A stretch of DNA of 64,000 nt, taken from an uncultured Fibrobacter sp. (GTDB taxonomy: Bacteria > Fibrobacterota > Fibrobacteria > Fibrobacterales > Fibrobacteraceae). The stretch is taken from positions 15,032 to 79,031 of the forward strand of contig CAMKMX010000005.1 of the NCBI GenBank assembly GCA_946414025.1, in the 5' to 3' direction. Shown piece by piece: positions 11,001-20,199 of this stretch (position 1 is the first letter of the stretch; each line of letters begins with the position of its first letter). The notes below the pieces were generated by a model. It had not been told where the DNA came from. It saw only the letters and a program-made list of their open reading frames with translations, and did not search any database. A program made the position numbers and the translations under genes.

Positions 11001-11974
11001 ACAGGATACTCCGCATCGTATTCCGCCTTCATGATGGCCTTGATACTCTGGTATTCCTCAGAGGCCAAAAAATCTTCGGGAATCTTGAAACGGGGCCAGT
11101 ATTCATCACCAATACCGGTTTTTACCGTAAAATTACAGCGTTCTGCAATCTTTACCGTGTTTTCGATAGCGCCAGGAATGTGGCCGAACAGTGCCTGCAT
11201 TTCTTGTTCAGTTCTGAAATAGAACTGGTCCGTAGGGAACCGTTTGTCCGTGAAATCGTTCAGGGTTTCTTTAAGGGAAATGCAACGCAAAACCTTGTGG
11301 GCCTGGGCATCTTCTTGCTTAATATAATGGACATCGGCTACGGCCACCACTTCGCGGCCTAGCTCCCCCGCCAACTGCACATTGTAGTCATTCAGCAATT
11401 TCTGCTGGGGAATTCCGTTATCGCAAACCGAAAGGTAAAGATGGTCCCGGTCAAAAATTTTGTCCAGGGATTCTATGTATTCCCGAGCAACACTGTTACG
11501 GCCGGCAGCCACATTCTGACCGTAGCGGCTAAAGAAATCCCCTGCAATGGCGATAATGCCTTCTTTGTGTTCATTTACCACCGACAGCAGGACCGACGGG
11601 ATTTCGGCCCAGCGGTCTCCATCTTCGTAGCGGAAACTCACTATGCGAAGCAGGTTGTAATACCCCACCTCGTTTTCTACCAGGAGGGTTAGTCGTTCAT
11701 AAGTTGTCGGGTCTTTCTGGTTTGCACTTGGCGAATCCACATAGACATGACAGCCGTAGATGGTCTTGACTGGCGGGAGTCCCTGTTCCTTGCGCTTCTT
11801 GTTCAGGTCTTTTCCGCGGGTCTGGATTTCCAGGATGCCAAACATGGCACCGTGGTCGGTAAGGGCCACCGCAGGTGCATTTTCTGCAGCGGCAGCTTCC
11901 AATATGCCGTCGAGACGGGCCGATGATTTTAAAACGGAAAACTCGGAATGAACTTGCAGGTGAACAAAAGCCAT
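8099..11974 (-). CDS. dnaE: DNA polymerase III alpha subunit
   Basis: PHP start HLQVHSEFS/LTDHG, GPGRGSAAGS, SMPDIDTDF, KMDFLGL, YAFNKSHAAAY. Confidence 0.97.
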   Translation of the reverse strand: MAFVHLQVHSEFSVLKSSARLDGILEAAAAENAPAVALTDHGAMFGILEIQTRGKDLNKKRKEQGLPPVKTIYGCHVYVDSPSANQKDPTTYERLTLLVENEVGYYNLLRIVSFRYEDGDRWAEIPSVLLSVVNEHKEGIIAIAGDFFSRYGQNVAAGRNSVAREYIESLDKIFDRDHLYLSVCDNGIPQQKLLNDYNVQLAGELGREVVAVADVHYIKQEDAQAHKVLRCISLKETLNDFTDKRFPTDQFYFRTEQEMQALFGHIPGAIENTVKIAERCNFTVKTGIGDEYWPRFKIPEDFLASEEYQSIKAIMKAEYDAEYPVVRERELKGVIEDKKKKVTASYCAEKGIAEDVLTDEDKAEIERLSQPEFFDDDDNNAWEKNIRRWCKPGGDADIYITHLCNQRLKWRFPNEDFKFPAHDTEVAARMYKELNCIRNMNVAGYLLIVWDFINWSREHGIPVGPGRGSAAGSLVTYIIGITDIDPLTFDLLFERFLNPERVSMPDIDTDFSDRDRGRVIDYVTEKYGKECVGQIITYGMLKSKAVITDVARVLGIPPQEAKAITKLFPQRTLNFSLKQAWTGKDKKGNNLEDGYSPEPLQAMINSRASYQNLWDIAKKLEDLPRQTGVHACGVVITPTPIYNLAPLYRAAPEDTPVVMYDKHYAEDIGLLKMDFLGLINLSIIQDTVNMVKKNRGIELDMGHIPLDDKETFDLLGKGMTTTVFQFESPGMQKYLRELKPTRIFDLIAMNALYRPGPLEQIPHFIARKQGKEEIDCYHPDLEQVLGETYGVIVYQEQVMKLAQILGGYTLGGADNIRRIMAKKMPEKMERLKPEFFTKCEANGYDHALIQKVWDAVLPFCGYAFNKSHAAAYAYVAYQTAYLKAHYGPEYMAASMTSKMGKTEDIVTIIQECKRLGIPVLSPDINSSQGIFTANTKHQILFGLAGIRNVGIGVVEDVVAAREKGGPFKSIFDFCKRVAEYQGSLKEKRPPLSKKTLECLIMAGALDGLPGSRAVLMATVDRALEVAARYQEDKSKGQMSLFDMGGADSSISNIAEVLEEAEEWGSVEMLNKEREVLGLCLSGHPLDEFRPELIGFTTCSLSQEELARKEGCVVAVGGIVTRMRSIETKRGATIGFGEMQDFQGEVGLFFKKDTWESFRDKISEDDRILVKGTLEYQRDREKNITEQMQVVVEEAYQLDYVRERMVKYIHANIYSSMLSEEFLQKLEMGMQQFEAFEGEPGSELVLHIETESSYEHGLTLHKYKLSYSQDVLNWLKQDMGASKVWVSGKPRR

Positions 11975-12180
11975 AGCTGCAATTTAGTAAATAGTAGGCC
12001 GTCGATAGGACCGAAGGCCGTTTGTGGTCAGGGGATGTTATCTTAGAAGGTGTGCATCGACAGGCAAAAACCGGAGAGGTTCGAGTGGAGAGGGAGAATG
12101 GTAAAAAACACGCCACAGATACGGAATCTTATATAAACGGTTTATAAAAATTGTATCTTTCGCTGAAGGATAATTTTTGT

Positions 12181-13272
12181 ATGTGCAATAACAACAAGAA
12201 GTTAAAAATCGCAATCGACGCCCGAATGGTCGCCAGGTCCGGTATTGGGACCTGCATTCAGCACTGGTTAAAAGATGTCGGTTACGCAATTGCTCTTGGT
12301 GACCCCAAGGACCTTGAACCATACAAAAACATACCTAAACATATTCCGTTTATCAGCGGTATTTATGGCTACAAGGAACAGCTAAAATTTCCATATCGGG
12401 CTCTCTACCGAGAAAAACCCGATGTATTGCACATTCCCCATTGCAATGTTCCCCTGTTCTACCGTGGCAAGATGATGGTGACGATACACGATCTCACCCA
12501 CTTGATTTACCCAGAGTTTTTGCCCATGAAGTTGGCGCACATCTACTTCAAGTTCATCTTCTGGTTTGTAAGCAAGCGTGCCGACAAAATTATCGTAGTT
12601 TCTGAAAGCACAAAAAAAGACCTAATACGTTTCTACAAGACCGACGAATCCAAAATAACGGTCATCCCCTCTGGCGTCGGAAAAGAATTTGTCCGCAAGA
12701 CACAAAAAGACTTCGGATACCTGTACGAAAAATACGGCATTCCTCGCGACAAGAAAATTTTGCTCTATGTCGGAAACCTGCTCCCTCACAAGAACCTAAA
12801 CGGACTCCTGAAAGGGTTCGCCCAAATGAAGGGCAAAGAAAACTGTCGCCTGATTTTTGTGGGCAAGTCCTTTGACGGTCGCACCAAGGCCACACAAGAA
12901 CGTAAATTGGGCATTGAAGACTTGACCATTCACGCGGGCATGGTCAGCCAAGAAGATCTTGTGAACTTCTATAACCTGGCAGACCTGTTTGTGCTCCCCT
13001 CCTTATACGAAGGATTTGGACTCCCCGTTCTTGAAGCATTTGCCTGCGGTACACCGGTCGCCTGTTCCAACACGTCGTCACTCCCCGAAGTCGGCGGCAC
13101 AATTGCTAAATATTTTGACCCAAACGATCCAGCTAGTATCGCTGACACACTCGAAAAATCCCTTGACGACAAAGGAAAATACGATGCCGCAATGGAAGCC
13201 TGGGTTTCGAATTTTTCTTGGGAAGAAAGTTCCAGAAGAACAAAAGAAGTCGCAGAGAGCCTATTTCTTTAG
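12181..13272 (+). CDS. Glycosyltransferase family 4 (GT-B)
   Basis: TIHDL, YVGNLLPHKN, PSLYEGFGLPVLEAFACGTPV. Confidence 0.9.
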   Translation: MCNNNKKLKIAIDARMVARSGIGTCIQHWLKDVGYAIALGDPKDLEPYKNIPKHIPFISGIYGYKEQLKFPYRALYREKPDVLHIPHCNVPLFYRGKMMVTIHDLTHLIYPEFLPMKLAHIYFKFIFWFVSKRADKIIVVSESTKKDLIRFYKTDESKITVIPSGVGKEFVRKTQKDFGYLYEKYGIPRDKKILLYVGNLLPHKNLNGLLKGFAQMKGKENCRLIFVGKSFDGRTKATQERKLGIEDLTIHAGMVSQEDLVNFYNLADLFVLPSLYEGFGLPVLEAFACGTPVACSNTSSLPEVGGTIAKYFDPNDPASIADTLEKSLDDKGKYDAAMEAWVSNFSWEESSRRTKEVAESLFL

Positions 13273-13884
13273 TTTTGTCAAGAACCCGTACTGGAACGGA
13301 ATAAAGCTGGAATGGCTCAACAAGCCCGGCATAAACTTCAGCTGTTTGCGAATACCCACAATTTTCTCGATTTCAAGGCCGTTCTCTTTGGCAAAGCGAA
13401 CAAAGCTCTTTTTTGTCCAAAACGTTTTGTGGTTAATATCCAGGACGCCTAGCGCATGTTCACCTTCGTCCGGCTTAAAGTAGCGAAAATCGCGGGTGAT
13501 GATTATTTTCAAGAGATTTTCAGCACAGCAGAAATTCGGAAGCGACACGAGGATGTGGCCCTCGGGATTGAGGTGATTCTTGCAGAAATTAATAAGATCT
13601 ACCGGATCATTCACATGCTCCAGAACATCGCACATAACTACAAGGTCAAACTTTTTGTCTTCGGTGTACTGTTCATAAAACACATGATGGTATTCGTTGA
13701 AACCACCAGGAACCTTGTCGATTGTGTGGGTGTCGGTACGATTTTCCGGTTCAATGGCAACCTTGTAGGCATCCTGCGGGTAAATTACATAGTTCAATCC
13801 AGCACCAGCACCAATTTCCAGGACACTCTTAACATCTTTCGGCACCAACATGGCCACATCGTAACGCGCTTTATTCCGGTACAT
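13261..13884 (-). CDS. Class I SAM-dependent methyltransferase
   Basis: VLEIGAGAG and FDLVVMCDVLEH; GAGG upstream of ATG 13884. Confidence 0.85.
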   Translation of the reverse strand: MYRNKARYDVAMLVPKDVKSVLEIGAGAGLNYVIYPQDAYKVAIEPENRTDTHTIDKVPGGFNEYHHVFYEQYTEDKKFDLVVMCDVLEHVNDPVDLINFCKNHLNPEGHILVSLPNFCCAENLLKIIITRDFRYFKPDEGEHALGVLDINHKTFWTKKSFVRFAKENGLEIEKIVGIRKQLKFMPGLLSHSSFIPFQYGFLTKLKK

Positions 13885-13942
13885 AAAAACCTCTTCTTCA
13901 AAATATAAAATTTTCTTGGCAAAAATGCTATTTTTATGGCCG

Positions 13943-14887
13943 ATGACGGCAAGTAAGACAGCCACTGGTCTTTGGTTAAAACGGATTTTCCAGCTTCTTG
14001 TAAGCGTGGGCGGTTTCGCCTTCATCTTTTACAAAATTCCGCTTGCAAGTGTGGTCGAAAACTGGAACATCGGGATGGTTCCATGGGTTCTTGCCACCCT
14101 CGCTGCAGCAACACTAATCATGGTTATCCAGGCAAACCGTTGGAAAGGCCTTTCCGTTCAAGGACCAGATATTCCATTCAAGACCTATTACGCCTATACC
14201 GCCATGGGCTACTTTTTCAACAACCTACTCCCCACTGGCTTTGGTGGCGATGCTGTAAAATCTTTGGCATTCGGGAAAAAATTCAACCAAACCAGTCAAT
14301 CTGTTTCGGCAGTCTTTCTTTCCCGCATTCAAGGACTTTTGGCCATGTTCCTATGTTTCTTTATTGCGCTACCCTTTGCCATGACAAAAATCAATGTGCC
14401 CACAATCTACACTCTTGTCATGTGCGCAGTACTGCTTATTTGTATTGTCATTATCCTCTGCTGTCTGTTTTCTGACAAGATTCCCTTCCCCGAATTTATC
14501 ACGAACAAAATCAGCTTTATTCCAAAATTTCAGTACAGCCTTTCCATTTATAGGAAACACAAAAAACAACTATTACTGTCTTCATTGGATTCCCTCTGGC
14601 TGCAGTTGTTGTCTTTATTTACCAGTTTCGCCTACTTCAAAGCGGTAGGAGTCGATATCAACATCGGCATTCTGGTGGTCTTTACCAGCATCACCATCGT
14701 AGTCGCCATGCTTCCCGTTTCTCTTAACGGTATTGGCGTTCGCGAAGGAGTCCAAATAGCTCTTTTTTCCGGAATCCTCGGCATTCCTGCGGATCTAGTT
14801 CTTGCCGCTGGCTTGCTGGGTTACATTCCCTTGCTGTTCCAGGCCTTACAAGGTGCCGTGGTACTAGTCGGATGTAAGAAGGACTAG
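13943..14887 (+). CDS. Lysylphosphatidylglycerol-synthase TM / flippase-like membrane protein (UPF0104)
   Basis: RW..L, FFNNLLPTGFGGD and LPVSLNGIGVREG motifs; many transmembrane segments. Confidence 0.8.
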   Translation: MTASKTATGLWLKRIFQLLVSVGGFAFIFYKIPLASVVENWNIGMVPWVLATLAAATLIMVIQANRWKGLSVQGPDIPFKTYYAYTAMGYFFNNLLPTGFGGDAVKSLAFGKKFNQTSQSVSAVFLSRIQGLLAMFLCFFIALPFAMTKINVPTIYTLVMCAVLLICIVIILCCLFSDKIPFPEFITNKISFIPKFQYSLSIYRKHKKQLLLSSLDSLWLQLLSLFTSFAYFKAVGVDINIGILVVFTSITIVVAMLPVSLNGIGVREGVQIALFSGILGIPADLVLAAGLLGYIPLLFQALQGAVVLVGCKKD

Positions 14888-15915
14888 CCCCAGACTTCTT
14901 CCTTGAGTTCGCGACCCCACATGTCCTTGATGACATCGTCCACCTTCTTGCCTTCGAAAAGGAGGGCATGGACGGAGTTCACAATGGGCATTTCTACACC
15001 CAGCTTGTCGGCAAGGGCCTTGGTGCTCTTGCAGGTGGGCACGCCTTCGGCCACCATTTTCATGCCGGCAAGCACCTGCTCGATGGTTTCGCCCTTGCCA
15101 ATGTGTTCCCCCACATAGCGGTTACGGCTGTGCTGGGAAAGGCAAGTCACAATCAAGTCGCCCATACCGGCAAGGCCAGCGAAAGTTTCGGACTTTGCCC
15201 CGAGGGCCTTGCCCAGGCGGCACATTTCTGCCTGACCGCGAGTCAAGAGGGCTGCACGGGTATTGTCTCCAATCTTGTACTTGCCGCTGGCTTCAAGACC
15301 GTAAAGCACGCCAGAGGCAATGGCGATAACGTTTTTCACGGAACCGCAAAGTTCAATGCCCACAATATCCGTAGAGCTGTACACACGCAGGTAGCTGCAG
15401 CTCATGACCTTCTGCACAAACTTTGCGGATTCTTCATTTACGCAGGCGGCCACAATGGCCGTAAGGATATGGCGGCTCACTTCTTCAGCATGGGAAGGCC
15501 CGCTAAAGGCCACCATCTTGTCTTCGGTAAGCCAGGGAACATTTTCCAATAGCACTTCGCTCATGAGCTGGTTCGTGCCCTCGAGAATGCCCTTTGTGGC
15601 ACAGACCACCACAGGTTCCTTGCCCTTAGCCGGCGTCCACTTGCCAAGGTTCTTGGCCACACCGCCCATAAACTGAGAGGGCACTACGATAAGCACCATG
15701 TCGCAACCATCAAGGGCAGCGTTCATGTCGGTGGTGTACTTGAAATCTGCCGGGAAAATCACACCGGGCAATTTGTCCTTGTACTGGTGCTCCGTCGAGA
15801 GCAAATCCACTTCGGCCTGCGAGTTAGTCCAAAAGGAAACTTCGCACTTATTTTCATAAACCACCTGACCAAGGGTAAGTCCCCAGCCGCCAGTTCCAAG
15901 TACAGTTACTTTCAT
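14884..15915 (-). CDS. gpsA: NAD(P)H-dependent glycerol-3-phosphate dehydrogenase
   Basis: VLGTGGWG, SGPSHAEEV, KNVIAIASG, GLAGMGDLIVTC, SRNR; der-plsY-gpsA gene order. Confidence 0.95.
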   Translation of the reverse strand: MKVTVLGTGGWGLTLGQVVYENKCEVSFWTNSQAEVDLLSTEHQYKDKLPGVIFPADFKYTTDMNAALDGCDMVLIVVPSQFMGGVAKNLGKWTPAKGKEPVVVCATKGILEGTNQLMSEVLLENVPWLTEDKMVAFSGPSHAEEVSRHILTAIVAACVNEESAKFVQKVMSCSYLRVYSSTDIVGIELCGSVKNVIAIASGVLYGLEASGKYKIGDNTRAALLTRGQAEMCRLGKALGAKSETFAGLAGMGDLIVTCLSQHSRNRYVGEHIGKGETIEQVLAGMKMVAEGVPTCKSTKALADKLGVEMPIVNSVHALLFEGKKVDDVIKDMWGRELKEEVWG

Positions 15916-15934
15916 AATTTTGTTCCTAATAAGA

Positions 15935-16090
15935 AGCTGTGTGCGCGGTCGCCTTCGGCTCCCTTTGAGGTTTGAGGACGCTTCGCTTTGAGGTTTCATA
16001 ATCGCGCCCTTGGCGCCAAACTATAACTCAAACCTCACAGGGCGAAGCCCGACCTCATAGCTCAAAGCACCGCAAGGTGCGACCCCTATA
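15935..16090. repeat. Intergenic repeat family I copy (inverted relative to 781-903)
   Basis: ataatcgcgcccttggcgcc core with tttgagg/acctca arms and gggcgaagccc hairpin. Confidence 0.7.
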
Positions 16091-16104
16091 ACAATCTACA
16101 ATAT

Positions 16105-16773
16105 TTACGCCTTCGGAGTCTTCCTTTTAGACCCAAATCCATTCTCCGTGCCGTTCAAAAGCCGCTTGATGTTGGATTTGTGCTTCACAATCACAAAAAC
16201 CGCCACAATAAGGCAAGTAATCATGAGTCCCAGGTTGATGTTGTCCGGCGGGAACGGCAACTTCAAGTAGCCCATCACGGCAAAAGCCCCGAGAGCAATG
16301 CAAGCGCCGATGCTCCCAACCGAAACATACTTGGTAGAAACCGTAAGGACAATCCACACCCCAAAGGCCGCAAGGGCAGTAATTGGGCAAAGGGCCAAAA
16401 AGACACCGAGAGCGGCAAGCACGCCCTTGCCTCCACGGAATCCGGCAAAGCAAGTAAAACTATGGCCCAAAATCACCAGAAGGCCCGCCACCAGCGGCAC
16501 CCAATGGGAATAATCCTCACCACCGGCTGCCACCTGAGAGGCACACATCTGTGCGGCAATCCAGGGTCCAAAGAAACCCTTGAGCAAATCCAGGAACACT
16601 ACCGGAAGTGCCGGTTTCCAGCCCAGCACGCGGAACGTGTTGGTGAGACCTGCATTCTTGGAACCGTAGTCCCGAATGTCAAAGTCCTTACCTTTCGCGA
16701 TTTTTGCGATCCAAATCGCGCTGGGGATCGACCCCAACAAGTACGCTATCGGAAGACTCAGCAAACTGTTCAA
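16105..16773 (-). CDS. plsY: Glycerol-3-phosphate acyltransferase PlsY
   Basis: YLLGSIPS, GSKNAGLTN, GHSF..F.GGKGV, HKSNIKRL; TTG start inside the 3' end of der. Confidence 0.93.
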   Translation of the reverse strand: MNSLLSLPIAYLLGSIPSAIWIAKIAKGKDFDIRDYGSKNAGLTNTFRVLGWKPALPVVFLDLLKGFFGPWIAAQMCASQVAAGGEDYSHWVPLVAGLLVILGHSFTCFAGFRGGKGVLAALGVFLALCPITALAAFGVWIVLTVSTKYVSVGSIGACIALGAFAVMGYLKLPFPPDNINLGLMITCLIVAVFVIVKHKSNIKRLLNGTENGFGSKRKTPKA

Positions 16774-18115
16774 GTTCTTCGTCCTTTCTGAGGGTTAACT
16801 TCTGGTCAAAATTCAAGCGGAGGGGTGCCCCCTGTAGCTGGAATTCTTCGTAAAACTTTTTAAGCAGGTAACGCTTGTAAGATTCGTCCACCAATTCCGG
16901 TGTGCGGGTCTCGATGGCAATCACGGGAGGCTCCACCAGGATCTGGCAGGCTCGGGTCAAGGCCACCACACGGGCGTTGTGGCTGGGAGGCGCCTTTTCT
17001 TGCAAGAAATTCGCAAAACTTTCGGCCACTCGGTCACGGCCCAGCACGCGGCGGCAGTTGGCATATACCGTCTGGATAGACTGGATAACCCGATTTACGC
17101 GAAGGCCTTCCTTGGCGCTGATGGAAAGGATGGGCACGTATTCCAGCATGGGTTCCCGTTCTAGCATTTCCTTGACCATGCGGTCAAAGGACTTTTCCGT
17201 CTTGTCGGGCAGAATATCCCATTTGTTCAGCACAAGAACCAGGCCCTTCCCCGCCTTGCGGATTTCGGTAATGATTCTAAAGTCCTGAACCTGGAGCCCT
17301 CGGGTGCAGTCCACCAGAAGCACCGACAGGTCCGACCGGCGGATGCTTTCCATGGTGCGCATATTGCTGAAAATTTCCACCTCGTCTTCTACCTTCGCCT
17401 TTTTGCGAAGGCCCGCCGTATCGGTCACCACGAACTTGACGCCGTTTACGGTAAAGGTGCAATCGATGGAGTCGCGGGTGGTGCCAGGAATGTCCGAAAC
17501 CACGGCACGTTCCTCGCCCATCAGGCGGTTCAGCAAGGTGCTCTTGCCTGCATTGGGGCGACCAAGGATGGCGAAACGGATGGGCCGTTCCTCTTTCCGT
17601 TCCCCACGCACAGGGGTCGGAAGCACTGCGACAATTTCATCCATCAAAGAAAGGCAGGCATAACCCGTCAAGGCACTGATAGTGCGGGGTTGTCCAAAGC
17701 CCAGTTTCAAGAACTCGTAACTTTCCTGACGGTCGCCCAGGTTCTCGCTCTTGTTGGCCACCAGAATCACCTTCTTGTCCAACTTGCGGATAAGCCTTGC
17801 AAACTGCTGGTCCAGCTTGGTAATGCCCACGCGGACATCCACCATAAAAAGGACCAGGTCCGATTCTTCGACGGCGTTAAAAATCTGGGTACGGACACTA
17901 TCGGCCAGGACATCGATGGTATCGTCCGGCAAAAAACCGCCGGTATCTACCACCGTAAATTCGTGGCCCTTGTAATTTGCGTTCTGGTAATGCCTATCGC
18001 GAGTCACACCGTCACGGTCAGAAACCACGGCAGCCCTGCGGCCTAAAATCCGATTAAAAAGAGAGGACTTCCCGACATTGGGCCGTCCGATAATACACAC
18101 CACAGGTAATTTCAT
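16688..18115 (-). CDS. der: Ribosome biogenesis GTPase Der (EngA)
   Basis: Two GTPase domains: GRPNVGKS/DTGG/NKSE and GRPNAGKS/DTAG/NKWD. Confidence 0.96.
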   Translation of the reverse strand: MKLPVVCIIGRPNVGKSSLFNRILGRRAAVVSDRDGVTRDRHYQNANYKGHEFTVVDTGGFLPDDTIDVLADSVRTQIFNAVEESDLVLFMVDVRVGITKLDQQFARLIRKLDKKVILVANKSENLGDRQESYEFLKLGFGQPRTISALTGYACLSLMDEIVAVLPTPVRGERKEERPIRFAILGRPNAGKSTLLNRLMGEERAVVSDIPGTTRDSIDCTFTVNGVKFVVTDTAGLRKKAKVEDEVEIFSNMRTMESIRRSDLSVLLVDCTRGLQVQDFRIITEIRKAGKGLVLVLNKWDILPDKTEKSFDRMVKEMLEREPMLEYVPILSISAKEGLRVNRVIQSIQTVYANCRRVLGRDRVAESFANFLQEKAPPSHNARVVALTRACQILVEPPVIAIETRTPELVDESYKRYLLKKFYEEFQLQGAPLRLNFDQKLTLRKDEELEQFAESSDSVLVGVDPQRDLDRKNRER

Positions 18116-18167
18116 CGCATACAAATATAGAAAAGAGATTTATTTTCGGGATTATGAAGCTTACGCC

Positions 18168-18196
18168 TTGACAAGATTATCCAACAGGTGTATATT
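18168..18196 (+). promoter_or_regulatory. Sigma70-type promoter of ruvB (near-leaderless)
   Basis: TTGACA (18168-18173), 17 nt, TATATT (18191-18196); ATG follows 8 nt later. Confidence 0.7.
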
Positions 18197-18204
18197 TGTG
18201 CAGT

Positions 18205-19242
18205 ATGGAAGATAAACGCGTCATTTCTCCCGGCAAAAACTCCATGGACGAGTCCGAAATGGAGCAAACCCTCCGGCCGCTCAGTCTGGAGCAGTTCACA
18301 GGCCAGGCCTCCATCAAGGAGAGCCTTTCTATCGCCATAGAGGCAGCCAAGCACCGGGGAGACGCCCTGGACCATTGCCTTTTTGCGGGGCCCCCTGGCC
18401 TCGGCAAGACGACGCTGGCGGGTATCATCGCCAAGGAGATGGGCGTGAACATCCACATCACCAGCGGGCCCGTGCTGGAAAAAGCCAGCGACCTGGCGGG
18501 GCTCCTTACGGGGCTTCAAGAAAACGACGTGCTGTTCATCGACGAGATTCACCGGCTGAACCGCACCGTCGAGGAATACCTCTACCCCGCCATGGAAGAT
18601 TTCAGGCTGGACATCATGCTGGATTCCGGTCCTGCCGCCCGAAGCGTGAACCTGCCCCTCAAGCATTTTACCCTGGTGGGCGCCACCACACGCACAGGCC
18701 TGCTTACCGGCCCCCTGCGCGACCGCTTCGGGTTGTCCTACCGGCTGGAACTCTACGACGAAAAGGACCTGATGCAAATCCTGATGCGCAGTTCCAAGAT
18801 TCTCGGGATTGAACTGACCCAAGACGCCGCCCAGATTCTGGGCGGGCGCTGCCGCGGCACCCCCCGTATCGCGAACCGCATCTTGCGCCGGTGCCGTGAC
18901 GTGGCACAGGTCCGCGGTTCAGGCGTTATCGACCTGGAGGCGGCGGAACGCACACTGCAGATGCTGGGCATCGACAGCGAAGGCCTGGACCCCATGGACC
19001 GGAAAATCCTCTCCATGATGATTGACAAGTTCGACGGGGGCCCAGTAGGCCTGGGTACCATCGGGGCGGCCCTGGGCGAAGAGACCGACACCCTGGAAGA
19101 AGTTTACGAACCCTACCTGATCCAGAAGGGGCTGCTTTCCCGCACAAAGCAGGGGCGCGTCGCTACCAGCAACGCCTACAGGCTACTCCACAAGAGCATG
19201 CCCAGCCGCAAAGCCTCCGAACAGATGGAACTGCCGCTGTAA
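18205..19242 (+). CDS. ruvB: Holliday junction DNA helicase RuvB
   Basis: GPPGLGKTTLA, FIDEIHRL, GATTR, RGTPRIANR, EPYL. Confidence 0.97.
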   Translation: MEDKRVISPGKNSMDESEMEQTLRPLSLEQFTGQASIKESLSIAIEAAKHRGDALDHCLFAGPPGLGKTTLAGIIAKEMGVNIHITSGPVLEKASDLAGLLTGLQENDVLFIDEIHRLNRTVEEYLYPAMEDFRLDIMLDSGPAARSVNLPLKHFTLVGATTRTGLLTGPLRDRFGLSYRLELYDEKDLMQILMRSSKILGIELTQDAAQILGGRCRGTPRIANRILRRCRDVAQVRGSGVIDLEAAERTLQMLGIDSEGLDPMDRKILSMMIDKFDGGPVGLGTIGAALGEETDTLEEVYEPYLIQKGLLSRTKQGRVATSNAYRLLHKSMPSRKASEQMELPL

Positions 19243-19349
19243 AACAATTCTCCGACGTTTCGTTATAATAAGGGCCAATAACAAAAAAGGCCTCCCGAAG
19301 CGATTGCTGCAGGAGGTTTGTCTATCACAAATTCGGTTTTTAGCCAGGA

Positions 19350-20159
19350 TTAGTCCTTGACGCAACGGATAGAATTTCCTACTGTCTTTGACAGATTGCT
19401 AATACTTGCGCTATGACTGTTATGACTGATATTCATATTAGAGGAATTTTTTTCATCATATTCCGTTGCCGTCCAAAACCCAGCATAATTTCCAAGAAGG
19501 GTAAAATTGACTCCGCTTCCTAATCCCGAAGGCAGTACCGTAAAGCCATAAGCATCGGTTCCACTCCCTTCATTCCAACCGGTCCGCGACTTGAGATTCT
19601 TTCCTGCGTTGTTGTTACTTCCTTGTGTAGAGCCCGTATTATCTTTTAGCTCTTCCCATTCCGCAACAGTCGGCAAGTGCCATTTCGGGGGACAGACCTC
19701 ATTTGACACCGACCATGCATAAAGGCGTCCGTACTTTTCGCAACTTTCAGATTTGTTGAGATAGCACCAGCTCTTGCCCTTAAGGTTTTCTGTTTCCGTA
19801 GAGTCCGCATATCTCAGGTTTTCAGCCATCCACCATTGATTTCCAATTTTCACGGTCTTGTAAACCTCAGCGTCTCGAGAATCTATCAGTTCTCCATACT
19901 CACAATCATCTTTATCTTCCTGTTTGCATGGAGATACTTTTCCACCTAATATCGATACAGATGATGACGATTCTATAGAATCAGCTGCAGTGTTTGAGCT
20001 ACTAGACAAATCAACATCACCTTCACTTGAGCCGTGGACATCTTGAGAATCACTGCTTAGCTGTATTTTGGCATCGTCATCACCTGCACTCGAGCTATCA
20101 TCACAGGCCAATAGACAGACCGCCAAAATCAATGATGAAATCCATAACAAACGTTTCAT
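19350..20159 (-). CDS. FISUMP (Fibrobacter major paralogous) domain lipoprotein
   Basis: Lipobox LLAC, Ser-rich linker, DSRD..YKTVKIGNQWWMAENL, YGRLYAW, CP..WHLPT, SIRCVKD. Confidence 0.9.
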   Translation of the reverse strand: MKRLLWISSLILAVCLLACDDSSSAGDDDAKIQLSSDSQDVHGSSEGDVDLSSSSNTAADSIESSSSVSILGGKVSPCKQEDKDDCEYGELIDSRDAEVYKTVKIGNQWWMAENLRYADSTETENLKGKSWCYLNKSESCEKYGRLYAWSVSNEVCPPKWHLPTVAEWEELKDNTGSTQGSNNNAGKNLKSRTGWNEGSGTDAYGFTVLPSGLGSGVNFTLLGNYAGFWTATEYDEKNSSNMNISHNSHSASISNLSKTVGNSIRCVKD

Positions 20160-20199
20160 TTGATTACTCCTTTATGCAACGAACTAAAAATTAAAAAAA

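Noticed and set aside
10790-11080. Intein in DnaE
   Set aside because: No N-terminal Cys/Ser block, no His-Asn terminus and no LAGLIDADG motifs.
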